Counted from the first letter of the stretch, positions 8,022-19,463 are shown. The stretch: 64,000 nucleotides of DNA from an uncultured Poribacteria bacterium (GCA_951813565.1 OX638351.1:3744001-3808000), one strand, 5' to 3'. Numbers and translations: made by a program. The notes: generated from the letters alone by a model not told the origin.

Positions 8022-10427
8022 ATGAAGTGCTTATTGAATAGATATTTCAAATATCTATGCGCAACAATATTATGCTTCGGTATTCTATTCATCGCGTACT
8101 GGATTCGCATTCAAAATGTTGCGAACATTCCTGATGGGCAGTTTACCGAGAACGATGCATATCTCCACTATTGGCAAGCACAACTTATCTCCGAAAATGG
8201 TAGGCTGCCTGCACGTGACTTTCATCGTTGGATGCCTATGGGTAGAGATTTTGGACAAAGCCTAAATCTCTACCCCTATATTCTTGCTTACACTCACAAA
8301 ACGATTGCGTTATGTTTCCCGAATGTATCACTCTACCACGTTACGCTCTACACCCCCGCCATCTGTTTTGCACTCGGGCTCGGCGTACTTTGTATTTACC
8401 TTTATAGTGCTTTCGGACCGCTTTTTTTCGGCATCGTTGGTATAATTTTGGCAACATTACCTGGTACCATTATCCGCAGTGCTGCTGGATTTAGTGACCG
8501 TGATAGTTGGTGTCTGCTGCTCGGTATTCTTGCCATCACAACCTACCTTACCTCTCTACAGACACAATCCATTCGTAAATGTCTACTATGGACGCTCGTA
8601 AGCGGAATTAGTGTTTTATTTGGAGGACTCTCTTGGGAAGGGTTTGGTGTTTTTGTTAGCGTTATCCTGTTTGTAGAGCTCTGGCGATTTCTTACTTCGG
8701 AAGCAGAGGATGGATTAAATTTTTATTTGTTATGGGTATTAACCTTCGTGCCAACGCTTTACTTTGCATCCCCTGCGTATCGGAGTGGACAAGGTTATGC
8801 AACGCACCTTGTTGCATTTGTACTGATTCCACCGCTGCTCCTTTTCATGCTCCGCTTGCTCCGACATATCCTTATCACTAAAACACCTATTGTTAACAAG
8901 TTCGGTCTAAATGCACGTCTCCTTGCCTTTGCCTTAACATTGGTAAGTTTTTTCGGAGCACTCAGCTATGTTTTGACACAACTTGATACTTTCGCTAACA
9001 CTACTGTTCCCTTAAGTCAAAATCGACTCATGCAAACCGTCAGTGAATTAAAAGCACCTGATTATAGTTATTGGGTGTACTTATATGGTAACATCTTTTC
9101 CTTAGGAAGTGTCGGTGTCATATTGATTGCTATTCACAATTGGAAAAAAATAGGCACTGCTTTTGCTGTTCCACTTGCTTTGTTCGTGATTGCCACTTTT
9201 GGTCGAGAACATCTTGATGTAGGAATAGGTACAAATTTCAGCAATATCTTCTATTTCACTGCAATTGCTTGTTGTGTTATTGGTTTTCTTCTTGTCGCAT
9301 GGAAGCGAAATAAACAAACAGAAAACGAACTCATTTATGTAGCATTCACCGCATGGTTTCTTTTATGGGGCGCACTCTCCCGTGACACATTACGATTCGA
9401 TTTCTATCTGGGACCCGCCCTCGCTTTCTTTACTGCTGCCTTCATACATTTTCTCTCAAACATTATCAGTGAGAAACTAAGTCATCCAGCACCGGAAAAC
9501 AAGACATTGAATCAACACATCCCACATTCTGTCCTAAAAATTGGAATTTCAGTACTTTTACTTGTCCCTCTCCTATTCTGGACACCTGCAGCACACACCA
9601 AACGCACCTTGTATGTTGCAAAACAACTTCGTAAACCAACTCCTGGCGAAACACCTATTGCAAAGACATTCCACTGGATGAAATCAGAACTCCCTGATAC
9701 CGCTGTTGTTGCTGCGAGTTGGATATACGGTAGCCAACTGAACGTTCTTGGCGGGGTCAAAACCATTATTGACCAAGACCACTATCTGCAACATTGGATT
9801 TATCTCTACAATCGGTATGTTTTCTGTAACCCCAATAACGATGAGGCATTAGAATTCTTAAAAACTCACAACGCTACACATATCATGTTAACCCAACACA
9901 ATATCCTCAACAGTGATGTACATGCATTCGTTGGTAATCATAAAAATTCCGAGCAGTTTAAACCAATATCACTTCAAATTAGCACTAACAAAGCGAAGAT
10001 ACCACAACGCCTCTTAACATCACAACATACTCCATTTAGATATATAGACGTGATAGATTGGAATGCCACAACCCCTGATTTCTTAAATGCCCGCCTAAAA
10101 AACGGTCAAACTACAACGCTTCCTTATGTCGCCCTTTTTAGTAAGCAACGCAAAACATCGCCTACTCAAAAAGTTGGAAATCAACATGGCGGTGTCGTGT
10201 TCTATTTTGATGAACAGCAACACCTTGAAAAAGCTTACTATCTCCCAGCTGCAGGGTGGCATAGCCTTGCCATTCGCCTCTATTTTCTTGGAGACCTACC
10301 TAACATCTTTATTCCTGTTTACCCAACAGATAAAGAAACCACTGCAGATGTTAAGATTTGGAAAATCCGTTATCCATCAGGTATAAAAGAAAATCTGAAA
10401 TATCTCGAAATAGAGTCTGCAGAGTAA
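8022..10427 (+). CDS. STT3/PglB/AglB-like oligosaccharyltransferase (GT-C fold)
   Basis: Many TM helices; ENDAYLH, RSAAGFSDRD; SWIYG at the position of the WWDYG motif. Confidence 0.75.
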   Translation: MKCLLNRYFKYLCATILCFGILFIAYWIRIQNVANIPDGQFTENDAYLHYWQAQLISENGRLPARDFHRWMPMGRDFGQSLNLYPYILAYTHKTIALCFPNVSLYHVTLYTPAICFALGLGVLCIYLYSAFGPLFFGIVGIILATLPGTIIRSAAGFSDRDSWCLLLGILAITTYLTSLQTQSIRKCLLWTLVSGISVLFGGLSWEGFGVFVSVILFVELWRFLTSEAEDGLNFYLLWVLTFVPTLYFASPAYRSGQGYATHLVAFVLIPPLLLFMLRLLRHILITKTPIVNKFGLNARLLAFALTLVSFFGALSYVLTQLDTFANTTVPLSQNRLMQTVSELKAPDYSYWVYLYGNIFSLGSVGVILIAIHNWKKIGTAFAVPLALFVIATFGREHLDVGIGTNFSNIFYFTAIACCVIGFLLVAWKRNKQTENELIYVAFTAWFLLWGALSRDTLRFDFYLGPALAFFTAAFIHFLSNIISEKLSHPAPENKTLNQHIPHSVLKIGISVLLLVPLLFWTPAAHTKRTLYVAKQLRKPTPGETPIAKTFHWMKSELPDTAVVAASWIYGSQLNVLGGVKTIIDQDHYLQHWIYLYNRYVFCNPNNDEALEFLKTHNATHIMLTQHNILNSDVHAFVGNHKNSEQFKPISLQISTNKAKIPQRLLTSQHTPFRYIDVIDWNATTPDFLNARLKNGQTTTLPYVALFSKQRKTSPTQKVGNQHGGVVFYFDEQQHLEKAYYLPAAGWHSLAIRLYFLGDLPNIFIPVYPTDKETTADVKIWKIRYPSGIKENLKYLEIESAE

Positions 10428-10476
10428 ATAGGTTCTATCTTTAAACGCCATAAACCTTCGCTACACATAAAATCTA

Positions 10477-10506
10477 TTGACAGTGACCACCGTATCAGGA
10501 TATAAT
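10477..10506 (+). promoter_or_regulatory. Sigma70-type promoter
   Basis: TTGACA-N18-TATAAT upstream of 10539. Confidence 0.6.
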
Positions 10507-10538
10507 TTGAGAGATTATATAGAGAAAGCATATACAAA

Positions 10539-12848
10539 ATGCAGTTTACATACTTTTGGCCAGCATGGGCAGTTATACTCGGTGTTATCATTGCGGTTTG
10601 CATCACATTATACGGGTATCTCAGAGTAGGCCAACCTTTACATCGTTTACGCCGTTATTCACTCATTGCCTTACGATTTTTAGCCGTTACGATTTTACTG
10701 TGTTGTCTATTAGCACCAGTAATTATAGAAAAGAAAGACGTTACCCCTACGCCCCATCTTTCCATATTAGTTGATACTTCCCGAAGTATGCAATTAGAAG
10801 ACAATTATCTTGGAAAAACCGATACCTCACGTATGAGTCAAGTGAAACAGCTACTGTCCAACGAATCAAGCCAATTTTTAGAAGCATTAAACAGTGAATA
10901 CAAAGTACATCTCTACCGTTTCGATTCAGTTCTCTACCAAGATGCAACCACTGTCGAAAATATTGAACCGAAAGGCACACTTACGGATATCGCCTCAGCT
11001 ATCCGTGAAACAGTGCAGGCGTGGAGAGGACAACCGAACGCAGGTATTGTGTTAATAACTGATGGAGCGCATAATACCTCAAGGTTTTCAGTAGAAGATA
11101 TCGCCGCTTTGAATACACCTGTTTATGCTATAGGTGTCGGTTCACCACAACCACCAAAAGATGTCCAGATACAAAACGTTGATGTTTTGCCTATTGCCTA
11201 CACGGGACATGAAACTGTCATTCGCGTAACTATAGCGCAGACAGGATATAAAACTGAATCAATTAGAGTGTCGCTCCGTGAATCCAATACCAATCGCCTC
11301 GTTGATGCTGCAATGCTTACTTTTCCTCAAGTGAGTGTAGAACAATCGGTTACTTTGAATGGACAACGTATCACGAAAGGCACACAACATATTGTTGAGC
11401 TAAAGCTGAAGCCTGAGACCGAAGGAAATTTTCAGTATAAGGTGGTCCTCCCTACGCTTGAAGGTGAACTGACGAATGCCAACAATGAAAAGACGTTTTC
11501 TATAAAAGTGGTAAAAGCAAAGCTCAATGTCTTTTATCTGGAAGGCAGACCCCGTTGGGAGTACGCCTTTCTCAAGCGCACCTTAGAACGCGACCCAAAT
11601 ATTGAAGCTACTTTTGCAGTTTTGACGAAAAAAGCACCTCCTGAATCAGTCCTCGCGCGTAACGATGGGTATTACCCACAGAACCTCAACACACAACTTT
11701 CGCGGTTTCCTGAAACACGCGAAGAACTCTTCAAATACGATGTGTTGATTTTAGGGGACTTATCTGCTGGGCACTTCACAACCGCGCAACAACAGGCGAT
11801 TGTTGACTTTGTGGAACAACGGGGAAAAGCAGTTATCTTTCTTCCTTCACACAACGGATTAGGCGTAAATGGATTTAGAAATACCGGACTTGCGAGCATA
11901 CTGCCTATTCTAATTCCAGCAAATGGATGTCAAGAACAAGAGAGAGAATTTTCACTTGACCTAACACAATCGGGCATGTTTCATCCAATGCTGCAACTTA
12001 CTGACGATATAGAACGCAATGCTGAAATCTGGCAGAACCTCCCTGCACTTTCCCGCCTTTTTCGCGGTTTTCAACTGAGAGCAGGCGCGACTACACTCAT
12101 CCAAAAACAAACTGGAGAGCCAATACTGATTTTTCAGCGGGTTGGACTCGGAAAAAGTCTTCTTTTCGTTACTGAAGGTGTATGGAATTGGGACTTTGGC
12201 GTAAACATTTTTAAAGACACAACTTATCAAACAGTATACCCCCGTTTTTGGGCACAAGTGCTGCGTTGGATGTCGCAGCAATCAGACGAAAATCGGATAT
12301 ATATTACAACCGCAGCACCGACTTATGCACAAGGCGAAACTGTTCAGATAAACGTTAGAGCATACGCTTATACCTTGCAGCCTCAAAATAATGCCGAAAT
12401 TCAGTTGTTTGTAACATCGCCAAGCGGTTCAACATTTCCGCTGAGAACGCGCACTGAGGCTACAGAAAACCAAACTGCTAATTCAGGCAACTATACAGCG
12501 CAATTGAAGGCAGAAGAAAAAGGAACTTACAAGATTCGTGCTGTTGGTCAAACAGGGAATATGCCTTTGGGAGAAGATGAAATTGAAATTCACGTCCAGC
12601 CACAACTCATAGAATTGGAAGCACCGCAATTGAATGAAACGCTACTCAAGGAACTCACAGAGCAGACCGGAGGTGCATATCTCACTATGGAGGACGCTCA
12701 CGCTCTTCCCGATAAGATTAACACTGTTCAAGATTCTGTCTTTGTTGATACTCAACGCGATTTATGGGCACATCCTCTCATTCTCATCGCTATTGTTGGA
12801 TTGTTAGGGACTGAATGGTTTATACGAAAACGCATTGGACTTGTATAA
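10539..12848 (+). CDS. Membrane protein with vWA and glutamine-amidotransferase-like domains
   Basis: N-terminal TMs, MIDAS DTSRSM and LITDG, YLEGRPRWEYAFL, C-terminal TM ending EWFIRKR. Confidence 0.8.
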   Translation: MQFTYFWPAWAVILGVIIAVCITLYGYLRVGQPLHRLRRYSLIALRFLAVTILLCCLLAPVIIEKKDVTPTPHLSILVDTSRSMQLEDNYLGKTDTSRMSQVKQLLSNESSQFLEALNSEYKVHLYRFDSVLYQDATTVENIEPKGTLTDIASAIRETVQAWRGQPNAGIVLITDGAHNTSRFSVEDIAALNTPVYAIGVGSPQPPKDVQIQNVDVLPIAYTGHETVIRVTIAQTGYKTESIRVSLRESNTNRLVDAAMLTFPQVSVEQSVTLNGQRITKGTQHIVELKLKPETEGNFQYKVVLPTLEGELTNANNEKTFSIKVVKAKLNVFYLEGRPRWEYAFLKRTLERDPNIEATFAVLTKKAPPESVLARNDGYYPQNLNTQLSRFPETREELFKYDVLILGDLSAGHFTTAQQQAIVDFVEQRGKAVIFLPSHNGLGVNGFRNTGLASILPILIPANGCQEQEREFSLDLTQSGMFHPMLQLTDDIERNAEIWQNLPALSRLFRGFQLRAGATTLIQKQTGEPILIFQRVGLGKSLLFVTEGVWNWDFGVNIFKDTTYQTVYPRFWAQVLRWMSQQSDENRIYITTAAPTYAQGETVQINVRAYAYTLQPQNNAEIQLFVTSPSGSTFPLRTRTEATENQTANSGNYTAQLKAEEKGTYKIRAVGQTGNMPLGEDEIEIHVQPQLIELEAPQLNETLLKELTEQTGGAYLTMEDAHALPDKINTVQDSVFVDTQRDLWAHPLILIAIVGLLGTEWFIRKRIGLV

Positions 12849-13042
12849 ATACTTTTTATTTGGATTGACGGTGTTTGTAGTCGCGCAATTTATTGCGTCT
12901 CTTACACTGGTAGAAAGGAAACTGTAGGTTGGGTAGAACATATGCGAAACCTATAGTATCAACTTAAGAAAAAAAATGCTGACTTATCTCTTGTGGGAGG
13001 GCTTTCTAAGCCCGATTTATTACCCAAGGTAGGCGCGTTTTG

Positions 13043-13157
13043 ATGAAGATTAATTTATTAATTCAGTAATTTTAGAGAAACTCCGATGCGGTTGGGAAAC
13101 CGCACCTACCGGGTTTGGAAAAAATTAGAATTACCGAAATATTTTCTTAAGCTTCAT
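13043..13157. repeat. MITE-like element with IRs and an internal REP hairpin
   Basis: ATGAAGATTAA...AATTCAGTAATT / AATTACCGAA...TTAAGCTTCAT; related copy at 59578-59692 and one end near 39635. Confidence 0.7.
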
Positions 13158-13318
13158 TCAGTTTGCGTTCTATGGATGCACAAACTGCAAATTTGTGCTA
13201 CAAGGTAGCACATTAGGTTATAACACTATTTTCAATGATTACTTCTCATTACAGAACCGTGTTTGTAGTCGCGCAATTCATTGCGCCTCTTACATAATAA
13301 AATTGAAAGAATTAGGTT

Positions 13319-14026
13319 ATGTCTGTGTTTGGAAAAATTTGGAAACTATTGCAAATAGACTATTTAAAACTAACCCTTATTGTTTTTTGTTCTTTACTGT
13401 TTTGTGTTGTGGTTAGCACACAGGAAGCAGGTGAACTCTTTACGATTGCGCAAATCCAGTACGGCGGTGGTGGTGATTGGTACGGTGATCCCTCCACTAT
13501 CGGAAATTGGCTGCGTCTACTCCGGGAAAGGACAGAGATTGAAACTGCAGATGATCGGGTTATCTTAAAGTTAACTGACCATACACTTTATCAATATCCG
13601 ATGCTCTATCTCGTAGGACACGGAAATATTCGTCTTACAGAACAGGAGGTTTTAGCACTACGACAATATCTTACAAACGGAGGTTTTCTCTTTGTGAACG
13701 ATGATTATGGATTAGACAAAAGTTTCCGCCGTGAAATAAGTCGGGTATTTCCGAAGCAGGATTTGCAGCCGATTCCTAATTCACATCCAATATACCACTG
13801 TTTTTACGATCTACCGGGGTTACCTAAAATCCATGAACACGATTCAGAACCAGCACAAGGTTTTGGTATTTTTCACGATGGTCGAATGGTACTTTTTTAC
13901 GCTTATAGTGCTGATATTGGTGATGGGCTGGAAGACCCAAGAGTACATCCAGATGACACACCAGAAGTCCGAGAACTTGCCACAAAGATGGCTGTAAACA
14001 TAGCAGTGTATGTGCTTACGCAATAG
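13319..14026 (+). CDS. DUF4159-like protein
   Basis: YGGGGDWY, YPMLYLVGHG, LRQYLTNGGFLFVNDDYG. Confidence 0.85.
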   Translation: MSVFGKIWKLLQIDYLKLTLIVFCSLLFCVVVSTQEAGELFTIAQIQYGGGGDWYGDPSTIGNWLRLLRERTEIETADDRVILKLTDHTLYQYPMLYLVGHGNIRLTEQEVLALRQYLTNGGFLFVNDDYGLDKSFRREISRVFPKQDLQPIPNSHPIYHCFYDLPGLPKIHEHDSEPAQGFGIFHDGRMVLFYAYSADIGDGLEDPRVHPDDTPEVRELATKMAVNIAVYVLTQ

Positions 14027-14089
14027 ACGTTTTCTGTCCCTACAATTTGGAAACATTAATCTCCATAAGAGCGAACAAAGGAAATCAAA

Positions 14090-17000
14090 ATGCCAAATCA
14101 AAACATAAATCAGATTTACCAATCCATCATTGCCAAACTTAGTGCTGTGCGCCGAACTTGGCGATGGCTCATTTTATCCGAAAGTTTTCTCAAATGGGTC
14201 AGCATGCTTGCATTTGTAATGACAGCAGTGCTTCTCTGTTTTCAGCTCCCGCTCCACCATTTTTTGCGTAGTAGCATTGTTATGCTTTCTATAGGTGCTG
14301 CTATCTACATCACTATTCGACTGCTTATTCGCCCACTATTACGCAAATTACCTCATTCGACGGTGGCCGCATATCTTGAGAAAACGTATCCAACTATCCA
14401 AAATAGAATACTTAGCACTGTCCAGCTAAAACCGACACTGGAAGACAATCGATTGGGGTACGCACCAGAATTTGTTGAGCAGCTAATTTCGCAAACACAA
14501 CACGATATTGAGAAGATTGAATCGAAAAAGATTTTTCAGAACGAATTCCTAAAAATAAAGCGGCATGCAGGGATAGCTGTAATCGCTTTGGGAATCTTAA
14601 TGCTTACAAACTTTCTCTTACCTTCTGCATTGAAAGGGTTTACCCAAACATTCGAAACTTTACCAAAAACGCCAATGGAAGGGTTTACAGCGCAGATAGA
14701 AGAGGTCCGCCCCGGGAACATTCAAATTAAGCGAGCTGAAGATGTTACCGTCACCGCAAAAGTCAGTGGGCATCTTGATGCCCCTGTTCATGTTTATTAT
14801 CGTCTGGCAAATGAAAATGTAAACGTGCCAGAACCTTCAAATACAGACATCAATACCCAAAAAGATGAAAATCAATTACCTCATCTGTCGGATAGTGAAA
14901 CATGGCAATCTTTGCTGATGAATCGGGAACCCACTGATATTCTGTATAACGCGACTATTGAAAACATTGACCGATCGCTGCAATACTATGTTTCAACTAA
15001 AGACATAGCATCTGAGCAATATCAGATTGCGGTCCGCCATGAACCGATTGTCAAAACCTTTCAACTCCAACTGAACTATCCTGCATACACACAACTGCCT
15101 TCCCAAACGCTTGAAGCGAATACGGGTAATACCGAAGTTCTCTATGGAACAGAAGTCGTCCTTACAGGAGAAAGCAATAAGCCGCTTACAGAAGCACATC
15201 TGGTTTTTGAAGAGGCTGATCTCATCAAGCTTAGCATCGAAGAGTCAACCGAAATAAAAGGGAGTTTTATAGCAAAGCAAGCAGGAAAATACCACATTCA
15301 AATTCAAGATACAGATGGTTTGACAAACACCGATCCGCTCACATATACGCTCAATGTTTTCAAAGATACTGCCCCCCAAGTAGAGATTATTGAACCCGGC
15401 AAAGACCTTGTTTTAGATAATGATATGCTCGTGAAACTCAAAGTTGAAGCAACTGATGATTACGGTATTCAGGCACTTCAATTGGTACATCGCATTCAAA
15501 AAGAGAATACCGATGACATTACTGTTACGCTAAAGCAAGTTCCCACATCCACTGCACCACCACAAACATCGCATTTTCTCACATATACTTGGGATATTGA
15601 CCCACTCGGGCTATTTCCGGGTGAAGTGCTCTCTTACTATGTACAGGCACTTGATATTGACGATGTTTCTGGTCCCAACATCGGTAAATCGCGCACGTTT
15701 ACGCTTCGTTTTCCGACACTTGACGAATTATATGATGAACTTGCTGCTGAACAGGAAACTGAACAACTCAGTCTTGATGAATTATTTGACGAACAGACGG
15801 AAGCTACTGGAATAGTTGACGAACTTCTGGATAAAATCCGAAAGTTCAGAGAATTGTCACTCTCAGACGAGAAACTGATGCAGCAGGTTGTTGAATCGCA
15901 AAAGGAGATTGAGCGGAAGGCAAACGAACTCATCGCAGAAATGGAACAGACAGCGTCTGAAATGGAGAAAAACCAACTTTTTGAACCTGAAACGATACAA
16001 AAATATCAAGAACTCCAAGAGTTGATGAAGGAAGCACTATCTGAAGAACATCAGGAACTCTTGAAAAAATTGAGTGAGGCATTAGCAAAACAACAATTAT
16101 CTGAACAAGAAAACGCAATGACTGAAGCCAATTTTAATCAGGAACAGTTTCAACAACAACTTGAACGGATGAAATCGCTCTATGAACAGCTTATTATGCA
16201 ACAGAAACTTGAAGCAGCTGCAAAACAGGCGCAAGAACTCGCGGAACAGCAAAAGCAGCTGATGGATTCATTAGATACATCTGTGCCAGAAAAAACAGCA
16301 GACTCATCAAAATCGGAGTTGAATGATGCTGCACAAAAGGAAGATCGGATTAAGCAAGAATCTGACAAACTTAGCGATAAATTGGATACACTCGGCAATG
16401 AAATGTCTGAAATGGCAAAATCCCAAGAAAATGCTGCACCACAAATCCAGCAAGTTGCTGATGAGGTAAAGCGGCTAAATCAATATGCACAGGATCAGAA
16501 ACTTTCTGAAAATCTGCAAGATACAAGCGAAAGTTTGCGGGATGCCCAGAAACAAGATGCGCAGCAAACCGGTAGACAAGCGGAACAAACCATGACAGAA
16601 TTGGCACAGGGGTTAGATAATGCTTTGGAATTTATGGAAGGCGCAAATTCCAACCAAGCATTAACCGCAATGCAGGAAGCAGTTAAAAGTGGTCTCTATC
16701 TTTCTCACCTTCATGAAAAAGTCATCAATCAAACGAACGAACTCATAATCACAAACCTGGAGGATTATATTGAGAGTGAAATTCATCAGCTGCAACAGCT
16801 CGCCGCAGATGAAATCAGTGCCGCCAAAGGTATAGCGCAGCTTGCAGATAAACTTTGGGAACTTGGAAAACAGCAGATGGAGATTGATCCGAGGATAGTA
16901 TGGAGGCTAAATGCTTCCAGCGATGCGCTGAACCGTGCCGCACGCGCACTGGAAGATAGACAGACGAGTCTTGCGCTCCCTATTCAAAGAGGTGGTCTCG

Positions 17001-17635
17001 CTGACATCAATCAAGCAGTTTTTGACTTACTTAACGCTATGGCGCAAATGAATCAACAGATGGGGGCAGGCGGACTACAAGATATGCTGGAACAACTACA
17101 ACAACTCGCGCAAAGTCAAGAACAGCTCAATGAAATGGCACAAAACCTCAGTCAGCAGATGCGAGAACGTGGACAAACACCCAGCTTACAGCAAAGACTT
17201 GAAAGGATTGCTGGCCAACAACAACTTATCCGTGAGGCAACAGAAAGGCTGGCAGAAATCGCTGAAAACGCTGCGGAGATACTTGGAAGCCTAAAGGATG
17301 TTGCTGAAGAGATGGCGGAAGTCGAGAAAAAGCTTGGACAAGGCACACTCGATGACCAAGTTATTGACCAACAGCAACGTATTCTGACCAGAATGCTTGA
17401 CAGCTTAAAATCACTACAAAAACGCGATATCGGCAGGCAGCGGAAAGCACAAGTTGCCAAAAAACCTACTGCGACGCCACAAGAGGTACCGCCACTGCAT
17501 CCTGAACTATTAGAAATCGTCCGCAAACTTGAAACCACACCCAACGCCAAGGAATTGGAAAATATCCCATTTCAATACCGTGAACAACTTAGACAGTATT
17601 TCAAAGCACTCTCACAAAAGACAGTGGGTGAATAG
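14090..17635 (+). CDS. DUF4175-like membrane-anchored long coiled-coil protein
   Basis: Three N-terminal TMs, Ig-like region with ATDDYG, Q/E-rich coiled coil, C-terminal PFQYREQLRQYF. Confidence 0.75.
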   Translation: MPNQNINQIYQSIIAKLSAVRRTWRWLILSESFLKWVSMLAFVMTAVLLCFQLPLHHFLRSSIVMLSIGAAIYITIRLLIRPLLRKLPHSTVAAYLEKTYPTIQNRILSTVQLKPTLEDNRLGYAPEFVEQLISQTQHDIEKIESKKIFQNEFLKIKRHAGIAVIALGILMLTNFLLPSALKGFTQTFETLPKTPMEGFTAQIEEVRPGNIQIKRAEDVTVTAKVSGHLDAPVHVYYRLANENVNVPEPSNTDINTQKDENQLPHLSDSETWQSLLMNREPTDILYNATIENIDRSLQYYVSTKDIASEQYQIAVRHEPIVKTFQLQLNYPAYTQLPSQTLEANTGNTEVLYGTEVVLTGESNKPLTEAHLVFEEADLIKLSIEESTEIKGSFIAKQAGKYHIQIQDTDGLTNTDPLTYTLNVFKDTAPQVEIIEPGKDLVLDNDMLVKLKVEATDDYGIQALQLVHRIQKENTDDITVTLKQVPTSTAPPQTSHFLTYTWDIDPLGLFPGEVLSYYVQALDIDDVSGPNIGKSRTFTLRFPTLDELYDELAAEQETEQLSLDELFDEQTEATGIVDELLDKIRKFRELSLSDEKLMQQVVESQKEIERKANELIAEMEQTASEMEKNQLFEPETIQKYQELQELMKEALSEEHQELLKKLSEALAKQQLSEQENAMTEANFNQEQFQQQLERMKSLYEQLIMQQKLEAAAKQAQELAEQQKQLMDSLDTSVPEKTADSSKSELNDAAQKEDRIKQESDKLSDKLDTLGNEMSEMAKSQENAAPQIQQVADEVKRLNQYAQDQKLSENLQDTSESLRDAQKQDAQQTGRQAEQTMTELAQGLDNALEFMEGANSNQALTAMQEAVKSGLYLSHLHEKVINQTNELIITNLEDYIESEIHQLQQLAADEISAAKGIAQLADKLWELGKQQMEIDPRIVWRLNASSDALNRAARALEDRQTSLALPIQRGGLADINQAVFDLLNAMAQMNQQMGAGGLQDMLEQLQQLAQSQEQLNEMAQNLSQQMRERGQTPSLQQRLERIAGQQQLIREATERLAEIAENAAEILGSLKDVAEEMAEVEKKLGQGTLDDQVIDQQQRILTRMLDSLKSLQKRDIGRQRKAQVAKKPTATPQEVPPLHPELLEIVRKLETTPNAKELENIPFQYREQLRQYFKALSQKTVGE

Positions 17636-17660
17636 GTTAACACTATAATTGGAGTTCAAA

Positions 17661-19316
17661 ATGCATATTAAATTTAAAATTCCCTTAATCTTATTCCTAA
17701 TTCTCTTTATTGCTATTTCTGCCCGTGCTCTCACTGATACAGAAATAGACGCACTCATCGGTAGTATGTCAGTTGAAGAAAAGGTCGGACAGCTTCTTAT
17801 TTTTGGCATAGGCGGTAAACAAGTAGGGACGGTTGCCAAAGCACATATTGTCAAACGTTTTGTTGGCAGTGTTATTCTTTATGATCGGAACGTCCAAGAC
17901 CCCGCACAGGTGGCAGCGTTAACGTTTGCACTCCAAAAAACTGCTCAAGAAACACCCAACGCTATTCCGTTGTTCATTGCAATTGACCAAGAAGGTGGCA
18001 CTGTCGCGCGGTTACGTAAGGGTGCTACAGTTTTACCCGGTAACCTTGCTTTAGGTGCTACACGATCTGTGGCATTGGCAGAAAAAGCGGGGGAACTCAC
18101 TGCTATTGAATTAGCAACTGTCGGCATTAACCTAAACTTTGCCCCCGTTATGGACGTTAATACCAATCCACACAATCCGGTTATAGGGGTTCGCGCCTAT
18201 GGAGAATCTCGAGACCTCGTCTCGCAACTTGGAACTGCTTACATCCGTGGATTGCAGCGATACGGTGTGCTTGCTACAGCCAAACACTTCCCCGGACACG
18301 GCGATACCAATGTCGATTCGCACAAAAAATTACCTATTGTTACACATAATAAAAAGCGGATCAATACCATTGAATTGGCACCTTTTCACGCTGCAATTAA
18401 AGCAGATGTAGCCGCTATTATGTCAGCACATATCCTCTATCCAGTACTCGACCGAGAGATGCCAGCAACGCTTTCATACCCAATACTCACGAGACTCCTC
18501 CGCCAACAGTTCGGTTTCGACGGACTTATTATCACAGATGATTTAGAAATGAAAGCGATTGATGACCAATACGAAACAGGCAACGCTGCTGTCTTAGCGA
18601 TTCAAGCGGGTGCTGATATGGTTATGGTTCCGTGGACTCTAAAAAAGCAGCAACGCGTTTATAACGCACTCCGCCAAGCTGTGCACCGCCGAGACATCAC
18701 TGAAAGACGACTCAACAACTCCGTGCGACGTATCTTAAAAAGCAAAGATGCTTGCGGTGCTTTTGATAAACCGTTAGTCCCTATAGAAAATCCAAATGCT
18801 ATAAACTCGCCTCTTGCCGTTGTGGGAAGCAGACAACACAGAGAAATCGCTCAAACTATCGCAACACAGGCGATAACCCTCGTCAAAAACACAGGCGGTA
18901 TACTCCCTTTGAGCCAAGAACCACAAGAACCTGTTTTAGTCATTAGTCCGGCACGTGAATTTTCTAACACTTTCCTCAAGGCACATACGGATATTACCCA
19001 CATAAACCCTGTTTTAATTCCCGCGCAATTGAACGCGAAGCAGTTAGCACCGGTACTGTTGCTATCTAAACCCTCGCTTATCGTAGCAGGAATTGTCAAC
19101 GCGCAGCAAGCCAACCTTATTCACGAATTGAGCCAAAAAACCGATATCCCGATCATCGTTATTTCGCTTAAATCGCCCTATCTACTTGGCAAATGCCCCG
19201 ATGTCGCCTGTGCTATCGCTGCATACGATGGCAACTACTTTTCTGTTGCTGCTGCTGTGGATGTGTTGTTAGGTAAAAGACAAGCAACAGGAAAATTGCC
19301 AGTTACAATTCCGTAA
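17661..19316 (+). CDS. nagZ: GH3 beta-N-acetylhexosaminidase
   Basis: IDQEGG, KHFPGHGDTNVDSH, ITDDLEM motifs; signal peptide. Confidence 0.85.
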   Translation: MHIKFKIPLILFLILFIAISARALTDTEIDALIGSMSVEEKVGQLLIFGIGGKQVGTVAKAHIVKRFVGSVILYDRNVQDPAQVAALTFALQKTAQETPNAIPLFIAIDQEGGTVARLRKGATVLPGNLALGATRSVALAEKAGELTAIELATVGINLNFAPVMDVNTNPHNPVIGVRAYGESRDLVSQLGTAYIRGLQRYGVLATAKHFPGHGDTNVDSHKKLPIVTHNKKRINTIELAPFHAAIKADVAAIMSAHILYPVLDREMPATLSYPILTRLLRQQFGFDGLIITDDLEMKAIDDQYETGNAAVLAIQAGADMVMVPWTLKKQQRVYNALRQAVHRRDITERRLNNSVRRILKSKDACGAFDKPLVPIENPNAINSPLAVVGSRQHREIAQTIATQAITLVKNTGGILPLSQEPQEPVLVISPAREFSNTFLKAHTDITHINPVLIPAQLNAKQLAPVLLLSKPSLIVAGIVNAQQANLIHELSQKTDIPIIVISLKSPYLLGKCPDVACAIAAYDGNYFSVAAAVDVLLGKRQATGKLPVTIP

Positions 19317-19428
19317 AGCCAATTCGAGATACATCTTTTTGCAGGATATATTACCAATAAGACGCATCGAATATTGTAAAATCCAATAAAATCCCAATAT
19401 GTTTCCAATAACCCGCCACATATTCTAT

Positions 19429-19457
19429 TTGATTCACACAAAAAAGTATCGTATAAT
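19429..19457 (+). promoter_or_regulatory. Sigma70-type promoter driving the putative ncRNA
   Basis: TTGATT-N17-TATAAT. Confidence 0.7.
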
Positions 19458-19463
19458 TAACAC

